From: Octopus vulgaris
Taxonomy: Eukaryota
NCBI GenBank assembly: GCA_951406725.2
Contig: OX597820.1
Span: forward strand, 55,056,001-55,120,000
Reading direction: 5' to 3'
DNA: 64,000 bases
A program made the translations under genes and the position numbers. Under the pieces are notes generated by a model that was not told where the DNA came from, ran no database searches, and saw nothing but the letters and a program-made list of their open reading frames with translations. Shown here in pieces: positions 12,436 to 60,770 of this stretch (the stretch's first letter is position 1; each line of letters opens with the position of its first letter).

Positions 12436-13599
12436 GTATCTAACTTGTTGTAGAATAGAGGAGAATCAAATCTGATAATGCATATCTAAGGTACAGGAAT
12501 GGCTGACAGAAAGCTTAAGAAGGACCCAGTTTCTTGGATATATCACGTTTGAATTTATAGCTGAGGTTCACAGTACGTAATTTGCCATGTTGTTGTCGTT
12601 TAGTTACCAGGTCAGCCTTGATTCAACAGACCCATGATCAGCTGTGTCCCATCCATGACCATTCTGTCATTTTGTATATCCAGGATTACAGTATCCAATG
12701 TGTACTTTGTTAAAATGGTAAGGTGTGGCTTGAGGGAGATTTGGTTGTTATTTCTATCAAGTTGAACAAGTACATAGAGGCTCCCTTGTTGGTTATCACA
12801 TTTTTATGTATGTTAGAAATTCATTAGAATGTGATGTTTGGGGTTGATGGCACGGATACAGCAATACAAAGTTTGCAAAATGGAATAAGTTTGTATGCTG
12901 TGAGAACTGGTAATTCTACCATTTCAAGCAGAACCTTTCGTCATAGAAGAAATGAGAATTATGTTGTTGGTAGGTTGAGATGCAAATAAGATGTTATTTG
13001 CAGCATTATTGAACTGATTTCTAGTAAAGCTGGCAACAACTAGTTGTTGCTATGTAATCTCAAGTAAGCTCCAATTGTATAGATCTATGACCAAAGGTGT
13101 TCTAGTCATTATTATCCCATATTTCTTTCAGGCATTGTGCATATAGGACCATATTATTTTGCATGTTCTTCTTTTAAGACATTAGAGTGATTTGCAAGAG
13201 GTTTAATTTGATAGTTCTTTTAAGTTAGATTTTCGTTGGCTCATTTTCTTGGTTTTGTTAGACTGGTATGTTGCTTTGTTGTGTTTCAAGATATTGCTTA
13301 TTTTGTGTATGTAAATATATATTTCTGCTGCCAATATTGTTTTGGATTAAAGTCCAAAAGATTGAGAGCTGATAACATTGTGTATTGTCAGTGGATGGTC
13401 ATATAACAGGGGTAAAAAAATAAGGTAAACCTGGAAAGAAGTGGTGAAATCAGAACTTAAGGTGCAGACAGGATGATAAATGATAAATGCATATAACAAT
13501 ATGATATGCAACAGGTCTGTTTGATCCTCCCAGCATAGAAAAATGCATGTTATGAATATGATAATAATTGTCTATTGAAACATTCATAATTTTAGGTGT

Positions 13600-14040
13600 T
13601 CTTAGAATCTCCTGTGATCCAATATAATAGTTCCATCACATACTCTTTCATTCAGTCACGTACACCTTATAAAAATACTATTAAATGCTACTATGAGGTG
13701 AATCTGCTGTTGGTTTCACCCAACCTCACATATGCAGCTTTTATGCTCACTGCAGCATCCTTCTTTACCAGACATTGATTTGTCTACAACTGGAATGATC
13801 TCATTGGTGCTGTCTTGCATGATTGATCTAGTATCAATTGCTCACTCTCCAGTGCCATCTATTTTTGGTGTTGCTTAATTCAGTAGGTAAGTTGTTACAC
13901 ACTTCTGAGCTGATTCCAACTTTTGTAGCCATTGTCCTTCTCTATATATTGACTGACATCTTTTTGAAGAGCTAATGGACAAAGTATGACACCATAACTG
14001 TCTGTTTGGTTCTGCTTACCAAAAATGTCCTGGGCATCAC
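13600..14040 (-). pseudogene. Decayed 28S (LSU) rRNA fragment
   Basis: The + strand ctccagtgccatctattttt...attcagtaggtaagttgttacacacttctgagctgattccaactt...gccattgtcct...gttctgcttaccaaaa follows the reverse complement of the conserved eukaryotic 28S core (ctccagcgccatccatttt...attcggcaggtgagttgttacacactccttagcggattccgactt...gttctgcttaccaaaa), compared from memory. Confidence 0.8.
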
Positions 14041-15855
14041 ACAGTCATCACTACTTTAAGACAGTTGCCTCCAGTTGAAGGGAAGTGGCTCATTCCACCT
14101 TAATTTAAGAGTAAATCATGGCCATCCGTTTTCTGAGGGTATCAACAGCAGACTGAATCTCCAAGAGATCTTCAATGTTGTCATTCAATAACATACTAGA
14201 AATAGCAGCCAGATCATGCTCAAATCATACCTCACCATCTTAGAAAAGTACACATTGGGCAATGTAGTCTTGGAATTTTCACAGATGGAATACCTTTGAT
14301 CACAGCTCTGTTCAGTGAGGGTTAACTTTAACCTAGACGACTGCAACAACAAAATTTTGTTATGTAGAGAAAGTGACCAGTATTAGTTATAGATTACACA
14401 GCATATTACAGAACCAGTTATGTGTAGGTAAGCATACTCAATCTTGCTGTGAAGATTGTTAATGAGAGAATGTGATCTGCAGCAAGAAAGGCTTCTTCAG
14501 GTACAGATCAGATGCATGTGATTTGGATGTGCTACCAGATCTAATATGAGTCATGTTGTCTTTCTTCCTGCTATGTATGTCTTATAAACATTCTGCCTGG
14601 TTCAGAATGTATACAATGCCTTGCAATAAGTAACTTTATGATACAAATGTAATGTAATTGGTGAATACCTGTGTTACCAGGAAAGATCATTTCACCCCTC
14701 CTTCGTCTGAGAGTGAGGGAAAGACAAAACTGGGGTTTTCATGTTAAAACAGAAAAAAAGTTACTTCCCAAGTGTCACCTCCATTTTTTTTTTCTCACTC
14801 TTAGATCTATGTAAATCAATATCTGAAATACTCTTTATGGTAAATGTACTTTTCTATTGCAATTAAGTGGGTTTAGGTATGACAGTTGTAGAGAGTTTAT
14901 TTGCTAAGAAATAAATTTCAAAACTCCATAAAAGAGCCATAAGTTTGTTTGTTTGTTTGTTTTTTCATTTCATTTATTGGCTCATTCATTTGAATACATC
15001 TTATCTTTGCACTACAATTTGCCAGCTTACACATTAATTTTCAGTTAGTTTCATATGTATTACTTGAGCCTCTCCATGTTATTTGTGTATAGATTTAACA
15101 ATTTGTATGTGTATTGTACATATGTGCATGTGAGTATCAAACAAATTATGTAAGTTAACTATTCATTACTGAACAGCTGTAGCCATAGGATTTTTTGATG
15201 TGGGACGCTAAAAAAATCCTAATGGTGAAACTGTCTTTTAATGGATGATTAGTTAACCCAATCACACTAGCCAGTACACATATTCACTCTAGTATTTTTT
15301 CTATATTGTGTGTGTGTGTATGTACAAACACACACACACACACACATACAGAGTGTAAAGAACTTATATGTTTGGGTACAGATTTTTTTCCCCATGTGCT
15401 GAATACTCATCTATGGAATGTCTCATAGAGCATCATTACATTTATTGGCCTGTTTTTAATTGGCATATAAATACTCACTTGACTTTTGTCGCTTGCTTCC
15501 TCAACTATTGTGAAAGTTCGCTAAAGATTGCTGAGTTTATAGATTGCTGTTATTTTAGAAGTATTGGTTTCTGTACTAAATAACTATAGGATATTATTAT
15601 AATATAACTATCAATTGTAATATTTTATAGATTGTTGCTGCTTAGAATAATAGGTTGTTTTGCAATAATTTCAGACTACAATTTTATTATTATGATTACT
15701 TCCATTTTTTGATATATAATTTTTGTTAACATGACAAAGGAATATTATTTTGCTATGAAATCTTTCAATTCACCCTCTTATCAGAATCATTTTATTCATT
15801 GCCAGTTATATCTTCCATCCTCTCTCAGCTCACTATCTCCTTGCTATTGCCACAG

Positions 15856-15873
15856 AAATGGCAAATGCCCAAG
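15856..15873 (+). CDS. Candidate 18-nt microexon of RUFY
   Basis: ctcactatctccttgctattgccacag|AAATGGCAAATGCCCAAG|gtaagg; length is a multiple of 3; read in phase 2-2 it adds NGKCP and joins exon A in frame. Confidence 0.5.
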
Positions 15874-16620
15874 GTAAGGTAAAAAGAAAAAAAAAAAACA
15901 TTTAGCTGTAGATGAAATACATATTGTTCTTTACGTGACAGGTATTCTGGTGAACTCATTTGTTGCAACTACCAAGACATAGATACCAGATAATTTCCCC
16001 TGACCTCATTATAGCATAAGCTTTCATTAGTGATTTAGAATCGTCTTTTTGAGTATTGATGGCTTCAACTTCTATTTTACAATTTAAATAGTGCCACAAC
16101 CTCAGGCTTGATTGAAAATATAGTTCATGATTTTAAACACACACACACACACACATGTTGAAAGTTCCAAGCTGGTGAATAAAGAGAAGGAAATTTATTG
16201 GCTAATTCAGATTTAGAAAGTTGTCTTTTAATCCCCACCACACTACCATTATTGCTATAACCAAACCATCACCCCAACTCTTCTCCCTGTCCGACTTCTA
16301 TATCAGAATGCATATGGTAAATTTTTTTTTTATTTCATTGAATATAATTTTTTTTTTTGCCTCTTAAATTTTGAAACAGCTGACCCACCCTTTTCACAGC
16401 CATCTTGGTCTCCCCTCAAAGCCCAATTCCCACCCTACCACAGCAGTGGAAGCAGCAGCAGCAACAGCACGTTATCATGTTGTGTCATGCCAAAAATGAC
16501 TTCTACCAACGAGTGTGCTCTTTTTTTTTCTTTTGCATGCTGCATCCTGCTGGCTCCTCCTCTTCCTTCTCATCTTCGTCTGCTGTCATTGTGTGCGCCA
16601 CCCTGCCTTGTCACCCCTAG

Positions 16621-52386
<35,766 letters not shown>

Positions 52387-53366
52387 CGACGCTCCTTCTT
52401 TATCTCTTTGTCTTTCTCCCAAACACCATGCATACATACATACCCATACACACACACACATACACACACACACACACACTGTATAACACATTCATACACA
52501 TAAACACCCTTTATGTCTACACTCACATCTTCTGCTCCACATATACCTTTTTTTTTCCCCCCTCAGATATGCCTCTTACAGAGATAGAGGCAAATAATAA
52601 AAGTAAAATTAAAATATGCCTCACTCTGCAACAGCCCTCTCCATTGAAGTAGCAGTTTCTGCCTAGAGGTTTTAAAGATTCCCTATGTTGCTACCATAGT
52701 TTTCCTACCCACAATTTCTCCTGCAGTTGTTAGAAGTTACCACCTACAGGTTAAAATGTACCGTTCCCTGCTACAATTTCTTACCCACACTTCCTCCTAC
52801 ACAACCCAAGCAGTGGTGAGGGTGATTAGGGGTGGGGCAACTAACAACACTGAAATGGCCTACTGCTTTCTTCTCCACCCAAACGAGCTGCCACTCCCCC
52901 CTTGCCCTCCCTCTCTCACACATACATACATACGTTCAGAAACCCATTTCCACATCAACTTCAAACTGGCGTGCACACACACACACGTGCATGCATGCAA
53001 ACACCACTTCTGTCCAATATAGTCTTTCTACTTCTACTACCACCCTGCTCTGCTTTGCATTTCCTATACACACACATACACACGCACAGGCGTAATAGTC
53101 TCTGTTTCAGCTAATTCCCCCATCACAACTACCCACCATAAATGAAAGAACAAAACAAAAATGAGTATCTTTGAAGTAAAAAGAAACCACCAACACCTAT
53201 ACAACCATTCACATCTCTCTCTCTCTCTCTCTCAACACACAGACATACAGAGGAATATATATAAATTGAAGAGGGGAAGAGGATGTAGAAATCATGATGA
53301 TGAGGAGGAGGAGTAAAATATAGTGAACAAATAACTGGCACGCAAAAATCCTTTAAACATTACTGT

Positions 53367-53372
53367 AATAAA
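53367..53372 (+). promoter_or_regulatory. Candidate proximal polyadenylation signal of RUFY
   Basis: AATAAA about 1 kb downstream of the stop codon; such hexamers are common in AT-rich DNA. Confidence 0.25.
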
Positions 53373-53485
53373 TGGCAATGATAAATATGGTATTTTTTAA
53401 ATAATACTAACGATAATGAATTTGTTGATTTGTTTATTTGTCACAGGCACAACACAAATGCAAATCATTTAAATACACTAATGAA

Positions 53486-53525
<40 letters not shown>

Positions 53526-54339
53526 GGCAAAATCTCGAATCTAAGGAAACTGGTAATGGTCTGTGTCTGTTGTAAATATTAATTGGTGGAGAAATTGATG
53601 CAATTCAATGACTGAAACAAGTAAAAGAATAAAAGAATATACATTATGTTATATATTGTATTATATTACATAAGAATTTCATATGTTTAACAAGCAGAGT
53701 GTAACTGTAAAAGTGAGTTGGATATCTTTGAGTGCATAAGCTCTCTCCTCTCCTCATATTAGTGTGAGACACATTTTATCTCGGACCTTTTCTTCTACTG
53801 CAGTGAAAGGCAAAGTTGATGCTAGAAGTGATTTGAACTGAGGAAGGAGGTAGCAGGAATGAAACTAAGGATTGTTCAAGACAATTCAAGTCCAGTACTC
53901 TCTCTCTCTCTCTCTCTCTCTCTTTACTCTATATAATTTAACAATAAAAAATTTAGAAATGATAACAATCACTTTATTTGATTCCATTCTTGAACCTTCA
54001 GTTTAGTGTTACCAAGGAGTTGATAGCCACTAAGTTACTTAAGAGTGTCTCAAGGTCTTTTGTATTCTGCTTACCTTTTGCAGTACAATGCCTCTACTTA
54101 TATATACATATATATATATATATAATTATGTGTAAAGGTGAGATCCAAGGATCCAAGTGTAGGAAGTTAGTAAGCTTCAAGCAGTCCGTAGAATATATAA
54201 AAAAACAACTTTCAGGAACAATAGTGTTTTATTGACATAGAAAGTTGTAAAATTTTCCCATATCAATGTTTGGTAAGCTGAAAGAAGTTATTTTATAGTT
54301 CACAGTTAGCTACTGGAGTTGCTGTGTATGCAAATAAAA

Positions 54340-54521
54340 ATCCAAATTTAGAGAATGAAGTAGGTAAAATCCAGGCTACATATGTTTTACTAGATAGCAG
54401 AACCTTGAAAGTAGTAATTATTCAACAAGGGGTACTTTGCTAGCTACTCATCAAGCCAAAGATCTTTGGTTCTGCTAGCTAAGAAAGATATATAGCCTGG
54501 ATTTTACCTAACCCTAAATTT

Positions 54522-54525
<4 letters not shown>
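54340..54525. repeat. Imperfect inverted repeat (fold-back element) downstream of the RUFY stop codon
   Basis: atccaaatttag..taggtaaaatccaggcta..tagcagaacc pairs with ggttctgcta..tagcctggattttaccta..ctaaatttggat; a (TA)n tract follows. Confidence 0.8.
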
Positions 54526-54554
<29 letters not shown>

Positions 54555-55919
54555 AGTACACACTCACACAGACATAGTGTTTGTGTATGCATGTAAGCCC
54601 ATTTCTGTGAGGTTCTTACATCACTATATATGTAAGCCTCAATATATGCTTAGTGGTATTTTGTCTGCCGCTACGTTCTGAGTTCTAATTCCGCCGAGGT
54701 TGACTTTGCTTTTAATCCTTTCGGGGTTGATAAAATAAGTACCAGTTACGCACTGGGGTCAATATAATCGACTTAATCTGTTTGTCTGTCCTTGTTTGTC
54801 CTCTCTGTGTTTAGCCCCTTGTGGGTAGTAAAGAAAAAGAAATAAGTACCAGTTAAGTACTAGAGATGATGTAATTGACTAACCCCCTACACTAAAATTT
54901 CCGTTCATTTACCTATACAACAAAGGACAATTACTACTACTTCTACTCAGAATAGTGCATTGGACTAAATGCCATGTAGTATTTAGTGAGAGCCATTTTC
55001 ATTCTTGAGTTCAAATCTTGCTCAGATCAACGTTTGCCTTTCCAGAGTCAAGTTCTAGAGCCAGTATAATCAATTGTTTCCCTCCTCCTCCTCCTCCTCC
55101 CAATTTCTGGGCTTATGTTAGAAACAGTTATTATCATCATCATCATCATCATCATTTATATGCTAGCAGTGAATTGGCTGAAATAGTCAGATGTTAGGTG
55201 AAAATGTTTTAATAGTTTTATTGAGTTTTAAGTTCAAATTCACCAGTACCAGTCCAAGAAGTACCAGTAATGTACTCAGGTTGATTCTATTGACTAAACT
55301 GTTCTCTTACAGTGACATCATTGACACTTTCTCCATCTCTCCTCCCCTATCAACGATCCAGTTATGCATATACACACGTTCATTTACCCATTCACACACA
55401 AACACTCAAATGTTTACATACATCAGAGCACATTCACATAAACTCAGTCTATCTTGTTTTACCCAACTTAACATCTTCCACTTCTTCAGCCCGTCTCACA
55501 CATACACATAAACACAATTGCTACCACCACAGTTGGCAATTGCATCAATGTGCATTAGTATCTATGCTGTATGTGTGGGAGGAAGGGAGGGAAATGGATA
55601 GATATAAGATAAAACATATGGGATTTGAAGCAGTAGAGATGTGTGTGAGAGAGAGAGAGAGAGCAGGTATGATTGCAGAAGAGACAGAGAGTAATAGTGT
55701 GTGTATGTATGTTTAATTGAAGGTGATATTGTATGTACATATCTGAATGACTCAATGTTTAAAAGAGTCTAAGCATAATTAAGCAAAAAAGGGTATATGT
55801 TGGTGATTGATTGTGGAAGAGAAAGCCTGATACACACACACACATGCAAAGAGAGAGAACAAAACTTATGGAAATCTCTATGACCACTAAATTGGGGGTG
55901 GGGGGAATCCTTTTGTTAT

Positions 55920-56192
55920 TATGGTTTGACCTGACTTTTATCCTCTCTTAACTTCTGCAGCTTTGGTTGAATTTTTTCCAGATTAGGTTTTAACTTCTGC
56001 TGCAATTTTTGGTTGCTCTTCTGTAGGCTAAGGTTTGACCTTCTACAGGCTGAGGTGTGATCTCTTGAAGGCTATGGCTTGAACTTCTGCTGGCTGATGT
56101 TTGACCCTCTGCAGACTGACTTTCTCCAAGCTGAGGTTTGACTTTCTACAGGCTTAAGTTTGGCCTTCGATCAGCTAAAGTTTGACCTTCTA
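55920..56192. repeat. Degenerate minisatellite, unit about 22 bp (aggtttgaccttctacaggctg), roughly 10-12 units
   Basis: ggtttgac and ttct.caggct recur with a period of about 22 bp. Confidence 0.75.
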
Positions 56193-57996
56193 TTATTTCA
56201 ATTGACAATTTTACCCACTTTAATGTATGTAAAGAGGCAAAAATGGCTGAGGAGGTAAACTACCAGGTTACCACCTCCTGGATTGCAAGTTCATAACCAC
56301 TGCAGGCATTTATTCCAATGTATCTATGTGTTGGATGCTTTAGTCTGCTTAGCTATGAAAGAATGTATTATCAGACTTTTGGGAGAAATTACCTGCAATA
56401 GACGAGCATTCTATCCATAAGAAGATTTATGTCTCATTTGCTTAATGCTCCGGAAATCGGACCCAACCCTTCCCCAGCTCAGCTCTAAAGACTCTTGTGA
56501 TTTTTTTGAAAGAGGTCAACTTTCAACTATAAAACAATGTGTGTAGACTTTCGGCTTAGTCCTGGCTATGCTTTAGCTCTATTTTTCTGTGCTTCTGTGT
56601 TTTTTGTTTGTTGTTTTCAGTTTGTTTTGAGTTTTGTATATTTTTCTATATGTTTGAGTTCTTAAAAACTAACCACATCAAAGCCACAGCAACAATGATA
56701 CTATATCTGTCTCATTTACAACCCTAAATTTTTTTTTTTTTTTTTTTTCCTTTTTAATATTTATTTGATGGTCAAAGGACACTAGCTATATCTTTACCTT
56801 GCTCGCTTGACAGTGGTGTTGCTGATGGTGATGGACAACATGGCTTGTAATAACTGGGCGAGAAGGAAATGCCAGAACCCATTGTCGTATTGAACCCTTC
56901 CCCCAGACTGCTATTATTTAATCTGAGAAGTTGGTTGAGATCAATGCAGTATGAGAAAGGAGGGACAGTACCCACAAATTTCATTACATTCTACTAAATG
57001 GCTTGATGAGGTTTAGCATGGTCATTTACACTAGAATGAATATGTAGAGCCCATCTTGGCTTTCTCTCAGACTCTCTACCCAGTCAAAGGAGCAGTGGCA
57101 TGGCTAAGGTTAGAGCAATAAATCGGTTTGAAAAGGAAAGAGCAGTGTCCATAGCCTTGTCAGGCCTGTCTTCACTTGAGTGGATTTGTGTGTCTTGATG
57201 GGGGATGGCTAGAGGAAGGGTTACAATGAAATTGGACCCATGGGCTTACTCATACATTCCTTGATATGATTAGGGTGTCCGGATAAGAGTGGAGGAAAAA
57301 ATTGCTACTGTCCCTTAACTCCACTATAAACCACTTCCATCTTGAATACACTGGACAATGTAACTGATGATATACAAATATAGATGGAATGGAATGGTTA
57401 AGACTGGAACACCTTTGATCAAGGATAGCAGGGAGCTCAACAACAACAACCACCACTACAAAACTATCACCAACCTACCAGTACCATAACTACCACCACC
57501 ACCACCACCTTACAGTTTGCATATTTAGTCTTCTCCAGAAACCAGTTTGTTTTTTAGCTGGGTGTTCCTGTTTTGTTTTGTTTTGTTTTTGTTTTTTTCA
57601 TTTTTTTTTTACTCAGTTTGTATACACATTGTATACTTGTTTGTTTTGATATATTGTTAACATGGCCATCAACATGTGTAATGGGATGTAAAATGAGAGA
57701 AGACCCTTTAATGATAACAATAAAAAGCAAGCAAGCAAGCAAGCAAGAAAGAAAGGAACCATATTGTATAAACATGAGATAGGATTTTTATTCTTAACCT
57801 ATTCCTGTCCTCCCCTCACCTCTTTCAGTTCACCCTTCTCTGCCCTGTTACCTCTTCCTGTCTCCATTTCCCAATAAATAAATAAATAAAGGAATGAACA
57901 AAATGAAATGAAAACAATCATGTTGTTAATGATGATAAAACTGAAAGTATGATGTACATGGAAAATAAATTACACACATATACACATACATACACA

Positions 57997-58041
<45 letters not shown>

Positions 58042-58088
58042 CTGCACTGGTTTAAAGAAAATAAACATGAAATTATGTTGATGAAATG

Positions 58089-58098
58089 AATAAATAAA
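58089..58098 (+). promoter_or_regulatory. Candidate distal polyadenylation signal (implies a 3' UTR of about 5.7 kb)
   Basis: Overlapping AATAAA hexamers followed by a U/GU-rich tract at about 58150-58220. Confidence 0.3.
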
Positions 58099-60559
58099 TA
58101 ACAATAAGGATGAATATTTAAAAAAAAAGTAATCCAAACTCATTATTTATGACTCGTCTTTTTAATTGTCTTGCTATTTTATTATTTTATTGTTTAATCT
58201 CTTTCTCTTGTTGGTTGCTTTGAGAAAAGAATGTGGTCAAAAGGTTGGACAATCCTGGGCTCACTCACATTCATGGTTCCTGAACTGTACTGCATATTGT
58301 GTCCTTGGTCAAGATGTTTAATTTCATGTTAGATGTCCCATGATTATTAGCCTAAATCTTACAAATGTAAAATGTCAACAACTCTTGATGGCTACAGTAC
58401 ACTAGATGATGATGATGATGATGAAGAAGAAGGCTTATGAGCTAAAGCATTTCAGCAATGACTATTCCATACTTTTATTTTTTGCTTGTATATCTAGGAA
58501 TACATCTATTGTGTGTCTTTTTCCTTGATCCATGTTTGTTTGTTTATGTATGTTAAGGTAGCTTATGACCTGCCCTTACATCAAACTAACTGAGGTCTAT
58601 AATGATGCATTTCAGTTATGACCTAAGCTGACTGAGTTCTGTGATCTCTATATGTTTCACTTTTAATTTTTCCTTCTTTAGATCAATATCTCTGTCAATG
58701 CTGTATTTCACCAATATCTTGCCTGCAAATTAGACGTATCACTTACTCTTTGATATATTAAAAGAAAATCTATTAATTGTTAATGCCTCATTCAAAATCA
58801 AGGCTGGTCTCCATATTGTATAATATATGGCCAGGAAGGAATTCTGTTTAATACATGATGCTGAAAGAATTTGGTCAATTGATAGACTTAACAATTCACA
58901 TCTTATCAGCAAAAGTACACATTTCTCATAGCCATGCCATTTTGACCTATGATTGTACAGTTTACTTTACTTTCAAAAAGTACCATGGGGAAATTTGTGT
59001 TATCATTGTTTAACCACAGGTTAGTCCTGATTGAGCAGACATGATCAGAGGTATCCCATTCTGACAGTGAACAACTAATCTTTTTAGGAATATCTATGAC
59101 TACATAATCTAATGCTGTTTTGCTTTTTTCAAAGCAGTAGGGCACTGAGGGAGATTTGGCTGCTATTTTTAGCAGTGTAAATGATTAAAATGGCAGATAA
59201 AAAGTAAAACTCTGATCTGATGGTAAAAGATAATTGTGATTAAGATATCAGGTTATATCAAGTAGATAGGATATCTAATGGAAGTGGTCAAAGTGGGAGT
59301 GACGTCCAACACAGAAGGTAAGGTGTGCCAGAATGTACAGGTGTGACAAAAGTGGAGGAAGATCTGAGGTTAAAGTCCAGGGTAAATGAAGATCTAAGTA
59401 AACAATTAATGGTCTGCATTACTAACTAGTGAATTGTTAGGCCTTCAACTACTGAAGGAGTTGTAGGGACACCATTGTGACATTTAGATGTCTTTGCTTT
59501 TTAAACCTAGTGAATCCTATCCCTCTCCAGGTGTAGATGTAGTCAGTTTATTCAAGAGAGAGAAAAAAGTCATAGAAGAAGAAGAATCAACCCCAGTAAT
59601 GGACTGGTAATTATCAATCCCTAGACGAAAGGCAAAGGTGACTGCCATGGCATTTGAACTCAGAGTGCAGCTACAACTAATACCCAACACTTTAATGACT
59701 TTGTCAACTCACCACCAATTAGTGAGTATAATCAGTTTAAAAGTAAAAAATAATAGGAAGGGCATCCAGATGTAGAAACCAAACTAAACTATGGAGCCTA
59801 CTGTGGCACCTGCACCGGGCCTTACCAGCTCCTGTCAAATTGTCCAACCCATGCTAGCATGGAAAACAAACATCAAATGATAATGAAGAAACTAGTTTGC
59901 CATGAGGAAGAAGAGACATTCAGCATTTCAGATGGTATCCTTCATTTGAGATGTTTTCTAATGAAACTAAATAAATAGAGAAAAAGGGAGAAAGAAAATA
60001 GTAAAAACAAAAGCAGTCAGCTAGTGCAAACCTCTGCCAATGCAACACCAATGTCATCTCAACGATTAACTGGAGATGATTTTTAAAGTGAGAATTTCTG
60101 AAATAAAATCCTTCAATGAATATCACGAGACATTGTGGTTTTCTCTTCTGTTAAATTCCGGTCTTCCTTTAGTAATTCTGATGTTTTAGATTGATGTATA
60201 GAATTATGTATATATGTAAGTATACTGTAAAGTGTTAAAATGTATGTATAATCTCCTAATATAATAATGAGCATTGTCTTTTTATATATTTGTTTGTGTG
60301 TGTATATATATAGATATATATATATATATAAAATAGAGCCAGAGTGTGAGGTGAAGGTAGAGGAGATAAATGGCAAAGAGAGCATCATAGGAATGAGAAA
60401 GGAAGGAGTGAAAAAGCCAATAAACTGCACTTGAAGTGTGTGTAGGTGTGTTAAAAAGAGGTATGTTTGCATGCATGTGTGTGTACAATGGTAATGTTCA
60501 ACACTGAAAATGTGTGTGCGTGTGTACAAGAGAACTAAGTGAAACTTTACATATACATG

Positions 60560-60770
60560 TAAAGTAAGAAAAATCAGGAAAATAATCCAGAATCCTTGTT
60601 GGTACTGGCTCGATCCCAAAATCTAATGAGACTGTGCCAGTTATGAGGCCAAACGTCCCTGAAAGTTTCATTCAAAGCCATCCAGCAGTTCTTGAGATAT
60701 TTTGTCCATAGACAAACAAACAAACACAACTGAAAACAATACCTCCGCCTTCGCTAAAGCGAAGTTAATA
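60560..60770 (+). mobile_element. Non-autonomous rolling-circle (Helentron/HINE-like) element
   Basis: aagtttcat...tccagcagttcttgagat...(caaa)n...gaaaacaatacctccgc followed by a GC-rich terminal hairpin cttcgct-aa-agcgaag; architecture recognised from memory. Confidence 0.55.

Noticed and set aside
12915-12946. Further hammerhead-like remnants here and at about 40965-41000 and 62585-62625
   Set aside because: Several core positions and stems are broken, so they cannot be distinguished from chance without a family consensus.
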